From an uncultured Acidobacteriota bacterium (GTDB taxonomy: Bacteria > Acidobacteriota > Blastocatellia > RBC074), in NCBI GenBank assembly GCA_963796275.1, contig CAWCKY010000004.1:960001-1024000 (forward strand): DNA of 64,000 nucleotides, in the 5' to 3' direction. The notes beneath the pieces are model-generated. The model ran no database searches and was not told where the DNA came from. It saw only the letters and a list, made by a program, of their open reading frames with translations. The translations under genes and the position numbers were made by a program. Shown in pieces: positions 1 to 10,408 of this stretch (within the stretch, counting starts at the first letter, position 1; every line of letters starts with the position of its first letter).

Positions 1-831
1 ACCGTGAAGACGATGCGCGCGCGCCGCTTCGATCTGGCTGTCCTCTTCCAAAATGCGTTTGAAGCTGCGCTCTTGTCATACCTGGGCGGCGCACGTTTAC
101 GGATCGGATTTGCCGAACAAGGTCGCGGGTTTCTTCTTACACATGGTCTCAGACGGAGTGACGAGCATCGCAATCGTCACCAGGTTCACGACTACCTCGA
201 TATCGTAGCGGAATGCGAAAGAGTCTGTCTGGGATCGGATTTCAAATCGATCGATTCCACCCCGCTTCCTTTACTGATCGCCAACGCCAAACAAAAAGAC
301 GCCGCGCTGACCTTACTGGAATGTTTCGGCGTCAAGTTCGGCTCACGCTCGCTCATCGCGATCAACGCCGGCGCGACCAATAGCCGCGCGAAATGCTGGC
401 CCGCCGAGCGATTCGCGGCGCTCGCCGACCGGCTCGTCAGGGAGATGAATGCGCAGATCGTGCTGATCGGCGCGCCTTCCGAGTTGGAATATGCCGATGG
501 AATCATCTCGCGGATGGAGACAAATGGCGTGGCAGATCTCACGGGTAAGACCACTATGATCGAACTCATCGGGCTGCTCGATCTTTGCGATCTGCTCGTC
601 AGTAACGATACCGGGCCGGCGCATATCGCCGCGGCTCTCGGCCGTCCGACGATCACTATCTTCGGACCGACCAATGAATTTGAGACCGCCCCGGCCACTA
701 ATGAAATAGTACGAGCGGAAGGCATCGAGTGCGCTCGTTGTATGCTGCGCGACTGCCCGATAGATCATCGATGTATGATGCGTATTTCCGCAGATCTGGT
801 CTTTGAACGCGCGCGAGCCATATTGAATTGA
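1..831 (+). CDS. waaF: GT9 lipopolysaccharide heptosyltransferase II-like (5'-truncated by window edge)
   Basis: [19 protein letters not shown] and [29 protein letters not shown]9 motifs; adjacent to gmhB and a second GT9; frame open at window start. Confidence 0.75.
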   Translation, partial: TVKTMRARRFDLAVLFQNAFEAALLSYLGGARLRIGFAEQGRGFLLTHGLRRSDEHRNRHQVHDYLDIVAECERVCLGSDFKSIDSTPLPLLIANAKQKDAALTLLECFGVKFGSRSLIAINAGATNSRAKCWPAERFAALADRLVREMNAQIVLIGAPSELEYADGIISRMETNGVADLTGKTTMIELIGLLDLCDLLVSNDTGPAHIAAALGRPTITIFGPTNEFETAPATNEIVRAEGIECARCMLRDCPIDHRCMMRISADLVFERARAILN

Positions 832-930
832 TAATTGATAGTTGATAATTGATAATGTCTTTTTGGTAGTGGACTATAGTATTAAAGAATCCCCAATCAT
901 CCATTATCAATTTTCCATTATCCATTCCCC
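826..930. repeat. Heptamer-repeat inverted element (TTGATAA-type runs facing TTATCMA-type runs)
   Basis: aattgataattgatagttgataattgataatg ... tccattatcaattttccattatccatt; AT-rich, between waaF stop and the likely gmhB start. Confidence 0.6.
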
Positions 931-946
931 CAAAGCTCCGGCTTTT

Positions 947-1522
947 ATGAAAAATCGGGCGATCTTTATTGACCGCGACGGAACATTGAATGAGGAGGTG
1001 GGCTACATCACTAAGATAGCTCAATTCCGCCTCTTCGATTTCGCCGCCGAGTCGATAAAGTTGATCAATGATGCGGGCTGGCGAGCTGTTATCATCACTA
1101 ATCAGGCTGGCATTGCGCGGGGAGAGTACACCGAAGAATTCCTCGCGCAGCTCCACGCGCAAATGGAGTCATCATTGCTCAGGCAAGGTGCACGGCTCGA
1201 TGCGATATATTATTGCCCTCATCACCCCGACTTCGGCGTGCCTCCTTACCGGCAGGATTGTGAATGTCGCAAGCCAAAACCCGGACTGATTGAAAAAGCA
1301 GCGAAGGACCTCTCTCTCGATTTGAGAGAATGCTATGTCATCGGTGACCGCAACCGCGATGTCGAAACGGGTTATGCCGCCGGATCGCGCGGCGTGATGG
1401 TGATGACCGGTTACGGCCGGGAGGAATATTCGAACAAACACTCGACCTGGCAGCGACAGCCCGATCACGTGTGCGAGAATCTGTTGGAGGCTGTTCAATG
1501 GATTCTCGCTAATAATAATTGA
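947..1522 (+). CDS. gmhB: D-glycero-D-manno-heptose 1,7-bisphosphate phosphatase (HAD IIIA)
   Basis: [32 protein letters not shown]...[13 protein letters not shown]; start placed at ATG 947 because the longer ORF from 842 reads through the repeat. Confidence 0.9.
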   Translation: MKNRAIFIDRDGTLNEEVGYITKIAQFRLFDFAAESIKLINDAGWRAVIITNQAGIARGEYTEEFLAQLHAQMESSLLRQGARLDAIYYCPHHPDFGVPPYRQDCECRKPKPGLIEKAAKDLSLDLRECYVIGDRNRDVETGYAAGSRGVMVMTGYGREEYSNKHSTWQRQPDHVCENLLEAVQWILANNN

Positions 1523-2598
1523 TGAGAATTTTGATCGTCAGACTCGGAGCCATAGGCGACGTTGTTCACGCATTGCCCGCGCTGGCTGCATTGCGGCGCG
1601 CGATGCCCGATGCTCACCTCGCCTGGGCGGTCGAACGTGGAGGCGCGGCCAATCTGCTGAAAGGCAATCCTTGTCTCGATGAATTGATCGAGCTCGATCT
1701 GCGCGGCTGGCGCAGGGAGCCGGCGAGATTCGAGACTATCGCGGCGATTCGCGGGACGGCCGCACGGCTGCGTAAACCAGGGTTCGATATCGCGCTCGAT
1801 TTTCAGGGATTGATCAAATCGGCGTCGATACCATGGCTCGCGCGCATCCCGCGGCGCATAGGTTTTGAACGCGCGGCTCTGCGCGAACCGCTGAGCGCGC
1901 TCATGCTGACAGAGCAGGTCGAAGCCAATGACGGAGATCACGTGATCAAGAAAAACCTTCGTCTTGCGGCGCACCTCGGAGCCGAGCGAGCGAGCGAATA
2001 CGATTTTCCCATCGAGATCGAACCGGAAGACGAACTTTTCGCAGAGGTTCAAGGCGAAAGATTCAAGGGATCTTTCGCCATTCTCAATCCGGGCGGCGGA
2101 TGGCCGACGAAGCTCTGGGGCGCTGACTGTTTCGCCGCCATCGCCGATCGCCTGTGGGAAACTTATAGAATCCGCCCGGTCGTGACCTACGGCCCGCGCG
2201 AAGAAGCTCTGGCGCAATCGGTCGTCGAGCAATCGCGCACGAGGGCGGCAGTGATGCTCGATTCGACGCTCAAACAATATTTCGCTCTCGCGCGAAAGGC
2301 GCGGCTCTTTGTCGGGGGCGATACCGGGCCGATGCATCTGGCTGCCGCAGCGGGAACGCCCATAGTCGCGATCTTCGGGCCGACCTCATCACGGCGCAAT
2401 GGGCCGTTCTTGAATGACGACGTGGTGATCGAGAGATTTGATCTGGATTGCCGAACCGATTGCTACCGGCGCGCCTGCAGTCACAACTCTTGTATGAAGA
2501 TTCCCGCCGAAATAGTCTGGCGCGGAGTTGAGAGAAGGTTTCAGATCGCGGATCGAAATTTACGGAACGGCGCACTTCCGGTTTTATCACTGCAATGA
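1522..2598 (+). CDS. waaC: GT9 lipopolysaccharide heptosyltransferase I-like
   Basis: [44 protein letters not shown]; TGATG overlap with gmhB stop. Confidence 0.8.
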   Translation: MRILIVRLGAIGDVVHALPALAALRRAMPDAHLAWAVERGGAANLLKGNPCLDELIELDLRGWRREPARFETIAAIRGTAARLRKPGFDIALDFQGLIKSASIPWLARIPRRIGFERAALREPLSALMLTEQVEANDGDHVIKKNLRLAAHLGAERASEYDFPIEIEPEDELFAEVQGERFKGSFAILNPGGGWPTKLWGADCFAAIADRLWETYRIRPVVTYGPREEALAQSVVEQSRTRAAVMLDSTLKQYFALARKARLFVGGDTGPMHLAAAAGTPIVAIFGPTSSRRNGPFLNDDVVIERFDLDCRTDCYRRACSHNSCMKIPAEIVWRGVERRFQIADRNLRNGALPVLSLQ

Positions 2599-3167
2599 CG
2601 AACAGCGAACAGACAATAAATACAAATACGCGAACGAGGCTGCAGAGATTGCGCGTTCCACTGGGGTTATTCTCGGTGATCCTCTTCGTTTTCGCCTCTC
2701 AACCGTCCCCGCGCACTATGCTGTCGGGCATCCCGATCGCTTTTTTGGGCGCGCTCACCCGGGCGTGGGCATCGGGGCACTTGCGAAAAAATGCTGAGCT
2801 GGCCACCGGCGGACCCTACGCTTTCACGCGCAATCCGCTCTACTTCGGCAGTTTTCTCATGGCCTTCGGAAGTGCGGTTTGCGGCGGAAGTTGGTGGCTG
2901 GGCGCGTGGCTCATCGGATTCTTTCTGGTGGTCTACTTGCCGGTGATGAAAGCCGAGGCGGATCTGATGCGGAAACTTTTCGCGAGCGAGTATGAAAAAT
3001 GGTCCGCCCACGTCCCGCTCTTTATTCCGCGCCTGACGCCATATCGTGGTTGCTCCGGGCAGGCATTTGATGTACTACAATATTTGCGCCATCGTGAATA
3101 TCGCGCGTCGATCGGACTGGCGATCGTTATAGGTATCCTGGCGTTGAAAGCTACGAAAGTAATTTAA
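2595..3167 (+). CDS. Isoprenylcysteine carboxyl methyltransferase (ICMT/PEMT)-family membrane methyltransferase
   Basis: [18 protein letters not shown] and [13 protein letters not shown]...VPLFIP motifs; several hydrophobic segments; ATGA overlap with waaC. Confidence 0.8.
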   Translation: MTNSEQTINTNTRTRLQRLRVPLGLFSVILFVFASQPSPRTMLSGIPIAFLGALTRAWASGHLRKNAELATGGPYAFTRNPLYFGSFLMAFGSAVCGGSWWLGAWLIGFFLVVYLPVMKAEADLMRKLFASEYEKWSAHVPLFIPRLTPYRGCSGQAFDVLQYLRHREYRASIGLAIVIGILALKATKVI

Positions 3168-3225
3168 ACTTATAGTTCTGAGTCCGATCGTCGTACCAGA
3201 CTGCGGACATCCTGAAGGCTCTAGC

Positions 3226-4227
3226 ATGAAAAGAATATTAATCACCTTCTTGCTCCTCCTGACTGCCATTGTGGTAATGGGCACATACGTCTCGAAGGCA
3301 AAACAGACTCCGCAAGGGCAGACTGCGTCCCAGCCGGCCATCACGCCGGGTTATCCGCCTGCCGTTCTGCGGCGGGACTTTAAAGATTCGTTTCCGATTA
3401 CCCCGGGCGAGAAGCTCGAGTACGATATTCGAATATCGAAATTTCCGATCTATCTCTCGGTCGGAATTTTCACGCTGGAGTATCTCGGCCCCGTCGCCGG
3501 TAAAGCGCCCGGCGCGGATCAGACGGCCACCAAACCTGCCGACCCCTTGATCCAGGGCTTGAACACCGAATTCGTTCCATCCCCCAATGATCGTTTCCTG
3601 CACCTGCGCGCGACCGCTGTGTCGAAGGGACTGCTTCTCAAGCTCTTCGGGTATAGCGTCAAAAACCGCTATGAGACGCTGGTAGACAATAACGATTTCT
3701 CGGCGCGCCTGAGTTTGTTCGAGGAGAGGGTGGATAAAAGACAGCGGGTTCAGACGGCCGTCTTCGATCGGGGAACGCAGCAGGTGAAATACCTGACGTC
3801 CGACCTGACCAAGCCCGAGGTTCCGGCCAAATCAAAGCTTCTACCGCTGCAGGACGGGATGATGAGTTTGCTCTCCGGCCTCTATTTCCTGAGATTGCAG
3901 GATTACAAGGAAGGTCAGATGATGCGCATTCCGGTATCCGATGATCAGAAGAACTATGAGTTCGAAATACTCGTCGGCAAGCGCGAAAAGGTCAAAACGG
4001 AGTGCGGTAATATCGATACGATCAGACTCGAGCCGAAAATCTTCGGACCGGACAAATTTTTCCGGAAGAAGGGCGAGATGTTCATCTGGATCACAGAGGG
4101 CGATCAACACGTGCCCGTGCATTTGGAAGCCAGGGGAGAGGCCGGCAAACTCTCGGTGAAACTCATTAAAAAGAATTGCCGGATATTAGATCTGGATACG
4201 GACGAAAAAGAGAAACAGAAGCAATAA
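3226..4227 (+). CDS. Exported DUF3108-like protein
   Basis: N-terminal signal/anchor; PGEKLEYDI start of domain; LSGLYFLR and MFIWITEGDQHVPV resemble DUF3108. Confidence 0.65.
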   Translation: MKRILITFLLLLTAIVVMGTYVSKAKQTPQGQTASQPAITPGYPPAVLRRDFKDSFPITPGEKLEYDIRISKFPIYLSVGIFTLEYLGPVAGKAPGADQTATKPADPLIQGLNTEFVPSPNDRFLHLRATAVSKGLLLKLFGYSVKNRYETLVDNNDFSARLSLFEERVDKRQRVQTAVFDRGTQQVKYLTSDLTKPEVPAKSKLLPLQDGMMSLLSGLYFLRLQDYKEGQMMRIPVSDDQKNYEFEILVGKREKVKTECGNIDTIRLEPKIFGPDKFFRKKGEMFIWITEGDQHVPVHLEARGEAGKLSVKLIKKNCRILDLDTDEKEKQKQ

Positions 4228-4231
4228 ATGG

Positions 4232-4306
4232 GCGAGCGGCAGCGAGCGGATATCGATCAATTTCCGATTGACGGAGACTCGCTCGCTACGGCTCGCGGTA
4301 CCGATA
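4232..4306. repeat. Degenerate REP-like inverted pair
   Basis: gcgagcggcagcgagcg ... cgctcgctacggctcgcggtacc, complementary arms in the intergenic gap. Confidence 0.45.
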
Positions 4307-4314
4307 CGCTGACC

Positions 4315-5076
4315 ATGTCCAGTTACCAAGAGATCATCTACGAGCTCAAAGGCGGTGTCGCCTACATCACACTCAATCGACCGGATAAGCGAAATGCGCT
4401 CAATGACCGGCTCATCGGCGATCTGAAGAACGCCATGACCGAAGCCGAGTCCGATGCGGCGGCGGTTCTGCTGCGCGGTGCCGGAAAGGATTTCTGCGCG
4501 GGAGCTGACCTTTCTCAGCTCCAGAAGATAGCGCAGGCGTCGATACTCGACAACCTCGACGATGCCGAGCAATTTGCCGCGCTATTGTTACAGATGCGGA
4601 GACTGAAGAAGCCCGTCATCGCGGCGGTGCACGGGAGAGCGCTCGCAGGCGGCGCGGGGCTCGCTTCCGCCTGCGACATGGTTATCGCCTCGCGCTCGGC
4701 GACTTTCTCTTATACCGAAGTCAAGATCGGATTCGTCCCGGCGATCGTCATGGCGATCGCGCGGCGCAATCTGAGCGAGAAACGCGCATTCGAAATCCTC
4801 TGCACCGGCAAAACACTGACCGCGGTGGAGGCGGAAAGGATCGGTTTCATCAACCGGGTTTTTGAAGATGAGACTTTCGAAGCGGAGGCCGGGAAATTTG
4901 CGGACGAGATCGCGCAATTCAGCGGCTCGGCGATCGCATTGACCAAATCGTTGCTCTATCAAACGGACGCGATGACGTTCGAACAGGCGCTGCGCGCTGG
5001 CGTCGAAATGAACGCGATTGCGCGCACTACCCCTGATTGCAGGGAAGGTATCAGGAAGTTTTTGAGTAAGTTGTAA
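4315..5076 (+). CDS. Enoyl-CoA hydratase/isomerase family (methylglutaconyl-CoA hydratase-like)
   Basis: [43 protein letters not shown] crotonase motifs. Confidence 0.85.
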   Translation: MSSYQEIIYELKGGVAYITLNRPDKRNALNDRLIGDLKNAMTEAESDAAAVLLRGAGKDFCAGADLSQLQKIAQASILDNLDDAEQFAALLLQMRRLKKPVIAAVHGRALAGGAGLASACDMVIASRSATFSYTEVKIGFVPAIVMAIARRNLSEKRAFEILCTGKTLTAVEAERIGFINRVFEDETFEAEAGKFADEIAQFSGSAIALTKSLLYQTDAMTFEQALRAGVEMNAIARTTPDCREGIRKFLSKL

Positions 5077-6654
5077 ATGGCTGCCCCAAGAACAGAATTT
5101 TCACCCACATCGATTACCAATTTTCGTACGCTCACCACTCTCATAGGCGTCGCCATGGCGATGTTCATGGCCGCTCTGGAAAATACCGTCGTAGGTACAG
5201 CCATGCCGACGGTGATCGCGAGTCTCGGCGGAATCGATATCTACAGCTGGGTCTTCGCCGCCTACATTCTCGCGGCGACGGTGATGACGCCGATCTGGGG
5301 CAAAATGGCCGACCTGATCGGCCGGCGGCCGGCGATGTTCGGAGGGCTGGCGCTCTTCATCATCGGTTCGGCGCTGTCGGGGGCCGCTCATTCGATGCCG
5401 CAGTTGATCGCATTCCGCGTTCTTCAGGGATTGGGCGCAGCGGCGCTCTTCCCCATCGGGATGACTATCTCGGCAGACATGCTGACGCTGGAACAACGGA
5501 CGAAAGTGATCGCTCTCTTCAGCGGGATGTGGGGGGTGGCGTGCGTGATCGGGCCGCTGGTCGGCGGCTATCTGACCGCATACACGCAGCTCTCGTGGCG
5601 CTGGTGTTTCTACATCATCCTGCCATTCGGTATGCTCGCGGCGGCGATGATCTATTGGGGTTATCAGGAGCAGTATGAACGTCGCCAAAATATCTCGCTC
5701 GATTACGCCGGCACGCTTGTCATCACAGCCGCTCTGTTCATCCTGCTGTTGATCGTCGAGCGCGGCGCCGATTACCCGCTCGCCGTCAATTTAGGCGGAA
5801 TATTTGTCTGTGTCCTGCTGTTCGCCCTCTTCGTCCGGATCGAGAAGAAACATCCGGAACCGCTGCTGCCGCTCGACCTGTTCCGCAACCGAGTAGTCGC
5901 CATGGCGACGCTGCACGGGCTCTTCGCGATGATGGCGCTGATCGGAACGATGTCGTTCCTGCCGTTATTCGTTCAGGCGGTGATCGGGACGAATGCGGCG
6001 GAAGCGGGAAAGATACTCATTCCTTTCATAATTCCATGGGTTATGACCGCCATAATCGGCGGGCGATTGGTCCTGCGTTTCGGCTACCGCCCGCTGGTGC
6101 TCACCGGAATGGCCTTGATGCTCATCGGCGCATCGATGCTCGCGCAGGTCTCGATCGAGACGACGCGAACGAAGTTGTCATTCTATCTGGTATTCCTCGG
6201 GATGGGCGGCGGATTGACGGTTGCGATAATGACGATAGCCGCGCAGCACGCGGTCGCGCGTACGCAACTGGGCGTCACGACATCGACCGTGCAATTCGCG
6301 CGCAACATAGGCGCCGCGCTCGGCACCGCGATAATGGGAGCGCTGATGGGATGGCAATTGAGCCGGCTGCTCAGAAGCGCGCCGGCCGAGATCGCCCATC
6401 TGGTCCGCCAGAGCGAGATCGGATCGATCGTGCGCCCCGAGACCCGCCAATCTTTATCACAACCGGCTTCCCTATTTCTGCAGAAGGCGCTGGCCGGCTC
6501 ATTGCGTATGGCCTTCGCCTTCGTCCTCGTCTCAGTCATCATCGGCGCTATCATCGCCTTGTTCATCCCCGGCGGAAGCGTGCAAGATCTCGCGCATAAC
6601 GAGGCCGAAACCAATGAGCCGGCAGAGGTGGCATCCGGGTTCCCGGAAGCGTGA
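5077..6654 (+). CDS. MFS DHA2 (EmrB/QacA-like) efflux transporter
   Basis: [37 protein letters not shown]; about 14 hydrophobic segments. Confidence 0.9.
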   Translation: MAAPRTEFSPTSITNFRTLTTLIGVAMAMFMAALENTVVGTAMPTVIASLGGIDIYSWVFAAYILAATVMTPIWGKMADLIGRRPAMFGGLALFIIGSALSGAAHSMPQLIAFRVLQGLGAAALFPIGMTISADMLTLEQRTKVIALFSGMWGVACVIGPLVGGYLTAYTQLSWRWCFYIILPFGMLAAAMIYWGYQEQYERRQNISLDYAGTLVITAALFILLLIVERGADYPLAVNLGGIFVCVLLFALFVRIEKKHPEPLLPLDLFRNRVVAMATLHGLFAMMALIGTMSFLPLFVQAVIGTNAAEAGKILIPFIIPWVMTAIIGGRLVLRFGYRPLVLTGMALMLIGASMLAQVSIETTRTKLSFYLVFLGMGGGLTVAIMTIAAQHAVARTQLGVTTSTVQFARNIGAALGTAIMGALMGWQLSRLLRSAPAEIAHLVRQSEIGSIVRPETRQSLSQPASLFLQKALAGSLRMAFAFVLVSVIIGAIIALFIPGGSVQDLAHNEAETNEPAEVASGFPEA

Positions 6655-6796
6655 GAGTCCGGTATCCGAATCCTGAAGTCTGTAGCCAATGTTGATTCCG
6701 TTCTTCCTACATCTCGTTTTCCATCCCTAAACCTCTGCCCAACTTGAGAGTCCGGACTCTGGAATCCCTGTCTTACCCATCAAACTTTCGCACGGA

Positions 6797-7152
6797 ATCA
6801 GCCTACGAAGTGGGCGATAGAATAAAGCCCAGGGTGGAGCCGAAGGCGTAATCCTGGGTGGCGTGATATCCCCTCGGCCACGTGAGTCCACGAAGTGGGC
6901 GATAGAATAAAGCCCAGTGTGGAGCCGAAGGCGTAACCCTGGGTGGCGTGATATCCCCTCGGCCACGTGAGCCCACGAAGTGGGCGATAGAATTAAGCCC
7001 AGGGTGGAGCCGAAGGCGTAACCCTGGGTGGCGTGATATCCCCTCGGCCACGTGAGCCCACGAAGTGGGCGATAGACCACAAGTTTATGAGCCTTGATCT
7101 TAAACTCAAGGTTCCCCCTAGCTTTTATTCTTTCGCACTCCGTGGGCTGATT
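6797..7152. repeat. REP/REPIN-like element with an 85-bp unit tandemly repeated (3 full copies plus a partial)
   Basis: Units start at 6800, 6885, 6970, 7055 (agcccacgaagtgggcgatagaataaagcccagggtggagccgaaggcgtaaccctggg...); degenerate right arm ends ...gtgggctgatt; same family as 37146-37382. Confidence 0.85.
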
Positions 7153-7163
7153 TCCCCCTCCCC

Positions 7164-7225
7164 TTGACACTACCTATGTAGTAATTTATATAAGCAGTAC
7201 ACAATATAGGTAACAAAAAAGGAGG
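7164..7225 (+). promoter_or_regulatory. Sigma70-type promoter, putative operator and RBS for padR
   Basis: TTGACA (7164-7169), 17-bp spacer, TATATA (7187-7192); inverted TACCTAT (7171) / ATAGGTA (7206); AAGGAGG before ATG 7233. Confidence 0.6.
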
Positions 7226-7232
7226 CGGCCCG

Positions 7233-7559
7233 ATGGGCAAGACATATCTCTCATATACTGTTGCCGTGATACTGCAGGCGCTGGACAACGGTTACCAGTA
7301 CGGGTTTGACATTATGGATGTGACGGGGTTGCCGAGCGGAACGGTCTATCCTGCGCTGAGGCGTTTGGAAGAGGCCGGGCAGGTCAAATCGAAGTGGGAG
7401 AAGCATTCGATCGCGCAGCAGCAGCTGCGGCCGCCGCGCAAATATTATGAGCTGACGAAAGACGGCAAGGAGGCGCTGGGGGAGGCACTGCAGCGCTACC
7501 GTTTGTTGGAGCGGAGCCAGATGCCCCCCTTTCGCAAGCCGAAACCGGCTGAAGAGTAA
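7233..7559 (+). CDS. PadR-family transcriptional regulator
   Basis: [38 protein letters not shown]; TAATG overlap with next gene. Confidence 0.9.
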   Translation: MGKTYLSYTVAVILQALDNGYQYGFDIMDVTGLPSGTVYPALRRLEEAGQVKSKWEKHSIAQQQLRPPRKYYELTKDGKEALGEALQRYRLLERSQMPPFRKPKPAEE

Positions 7560-10265
7560 TGCTTCATCGGCAATTGATCAGATTCATAGGCTTGGTCGTG
7601 CCGCGACCGCTTGCGCGCCGATTGGCGGCAGGAGTGGGAAGCCGAACTGCGCAACCGCGAAATATTGTTGGCCGAGTGGGACAGGCTCGACTGGCGCAGC
7701 AAACTTGATCTGCTGCGGCGCAGCCTGGGCGCGTTCCGCGATGCGTTGCTGTTGCAACCGCGAAGACTGGAGGACGAAATGTTTCAAGACTTGCGTTATG
7801 GCGCGCGAATGCTGCTCAAGAATCCCGGCTTCACTGTCGTGGCTATGTCCTGTCTGGCCTTGGGCATCGGAGCCAACACGGCGATCTTCGGCTTTATCCA
7901 TGCAGCTTTTTTCCGCCCCTTGCCCGTCGCCGAACCGGATCGACTGGTAGCGCTTTCGCGTGTCAATGAAGCACCCATCTCCTATCCAGATTTCACGTTT
8001 TTGCGCGACAGAAGTGATGTGTTGTCGGGTTTGGCTGTCGATACAGGTATTCAGATGGGCTTCGGCAACAAAACTCGCAGTGAAGTCGTGCTCGGATCGC
8101 TGGTATCGGGCAACTACTTCGACGTACTCGGCATAAAACCGGTTTTGGGACGCGTCTTCCTTCCCGAAGAAGACCGCACGCCGGGCACGCATCCGGTCGT
8201 GGTCATCAGCCACAACTTCTGGCAGAGTCGATTCGACAGCGATCCGAATGCGATCGGCCGGACGATTATTCTGAATAATCATCCCTTTACCGTGATCGGC
8301 ATCGCACCAGCCGGGTTCGATGGTCTGATCTCTCCGGTGAAGAGCAATTTGTGGGTACCGGCGATGATGCACAGACAGGCGATGCGGGGCGGCCCGGTTG
8401 CGCCTGACGATCTGCTTAATGACCGGCTGTTCCCGTTTGAGGTCATCGGTAGGCTCAATCCTGGCGTGTCGCGAGCGCAAGCGCAAGCCGCACTGGAATT
8501 GCTCAATCGCCAAAACGAACTGGCCAATCCGCCACCCGCACATTTGCTTCGCAATCCGAACGAAGACCGGTCGCTCAGACTGTCACTCCCACAAGGCAGT
8601 TTTTCAGGTCCTTTAAGGCAAATGGCGGAGACTGCTTCGAAGTTGCTGTCAGCGATAGTCGTGACAATTCTTCTGATCGCCTGCGCTAACGTCGCCAACC
8701 TGCTGTTGGCGCGCGCCGCCACGCGCCGCAAAGAGATCGCCGTCAGATTGGCCCTGGGCGCGTCGCGGTTGCGCTTGATCAGACAATTGCTGACGGAAAG
8801 CGTGCTGCTCGCGCTGCTAGGCGCGGGAGCCGGTTTGCTGATGTCCTACTGGATCAATCAACTGCTGATGGGTTTTAAGCCCCCATTCCCGCCGCCGTAC
8901 ACCTTCTCGTTAGACCTCTATATTGATGCGCGCACGGTCTGTTTTACGCTGCTGTTGGCGTTAATCACCAGCGTGCTCTTCGGCCTTGCACCGGCCCTTC
9001 AGGCATCGAAACCCGATATGGTTCCGGCATTAAAGGACGAGAGCGGAGCTGAAGGGCGCCACCAGCGGAGATTCAATTTGCGCGACGTTCTGGTGGTCAC
9101 ACAAGTGGCGCTCTCTCTGGTGCTGCTGATCGGCGCGGGCTTGTTCATCCGCAGCTTACGCCATGCGCAGCAAATAGACCTCGGCTTCAGGCCGGACAAT
9201 GTGCTGGAGCTCTCATTCGATCTGAGGCTTCAGGGATATGACGAAGCCCGGGGCAAAGAGTTCTATCGGCAGATCATCGAGCGCCTCGAGAGGCTACCTG
9301 GCGTTCAATCGGCGAGCGTGACGAACTTTCCACCGATGGGCTTTATATGGCTCCGGGCTGCTGTTGAGCCAGAGGACCGCGATATTCCACTGAATGAAAG
9401 GCCGACAGCAGGCTCCTTCACCATAGGACGCCGTTACTTCGAGACCATCGGCACGCCGCTCATGCGCGGGCGTGATTTCACGGCACAAGACGGTGTCGCC
9501 TCGCAATCCGTGGCTATTATCAGCGAAGGTCTGGCGCGAAGCCTCTGGCCGGAGATAAAGGAGACGGGGGAGGCGCTTGGCAAACGTTTGCGCGTGATGA
9601 CGGGCCCGAGCGCGACGCAGTGCGAGGTCATCGGCATAGCGAAAGACTCAAAAAATTCGGTGTTCAGTCCGCTGAACGGGCCGCCGCCTCCGGCCATCTA
9701 TCGCCCGATCGCACAGGCTTATTCGGCGCTGGCATCGGTAGTCATACGCACCAGTGGCGATCCGCGTGACCTGATTCCCAGCGTGCGGCGCGAGGTGGCC
9801 ACGCTCGACCAAAACCTTCCGCCGAGCAACATTCAGACATTTTCCGAAAACCTCCACCTGGTTCTATGGCCCGCACGGACGGGCGCAGCGGTCCTGGGCA
9901 TCTTCGGGTTGCTGGGTCTCGTGCTTGCCACGATCGGGATCTACGGCGTGATGTCGTACATGGTCGCACGGCGCACGCGCGAGATCGGCGTGCGGATGGC
10001 GCTGGGTGCACAAGCGGGCGACGTATTGAAACTCGTCGTCAGACAGGGAGTTCGGCTGGCGTTGATCGGCGTGGCAATAGGTTTGACGCTGGCTTTCGCG
10101 TTGACACGTTTGATCGGGAGTCTGCTTTACGGCGTAGGCCCGACCGATCCTGCGACATTTTCCGGTGTCGCATTGTTCTTGATCGGCGTCGCACTCGCGG
10201 CCTGTTATCTGCCGGCGCGCCGAGCGACCAGGGTCGATCCGCTGGCCGCCTTGAGGCACGAGTGA
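7559..10265 (+). CDS. ADOP-type duplicated MacB/FtsX permease with [12 protein letters not shown] leader (one +1 frameshift near 7605)
   Basis: QDLRYGARML...[47 protein letters not shown]; ATG 7559 frame matches paralog N-termini until an extra base. Confidence 0.85.
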
Positions 10266-10294
10266 TTCGATTGCGGATGGGAGAGTGAAACAAT

Positions 10295-10397
10295 GGCAAG
10301 CGCCTGGGTACGCACGCTTCCAGCGTGCCGGGTTTTCTCCAAGGGACCATTAGCCGAACTCCAGCACGCTGGAAGCGTGCGTACCCAGGCGCTTGCC
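10295..10397. repeat. REP-like element with perfect 34-bp inverted arms
   Basis: ggcaagcgcctgggtacgcacgcttccagcgtgc (10295-10328) is the exact reverse complement of 10364-10397. Confidence 0.9.
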
Positions 10398-10408
10398 GGA
10401 GCGCATAT

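Noticed and set aside
842-946. Extended N-termini in the ORF track (also 4228, 10325, 21151, 40264, 56164)
   Set aside because: The extensions run through repeats or non-coding DNA; family motifs and RBS start at downstream ATGs
6800-7076. Possible CRISPR array
   Set aside because: Entire 85-bp units are near-identical with no unique spacers, there are no cas genes, and the unit matches a REP-like element at 37146
6727-7170. 147-aa and 82-aa minus-strand ORFs
   Set aside because: Translations of the tandem repeat
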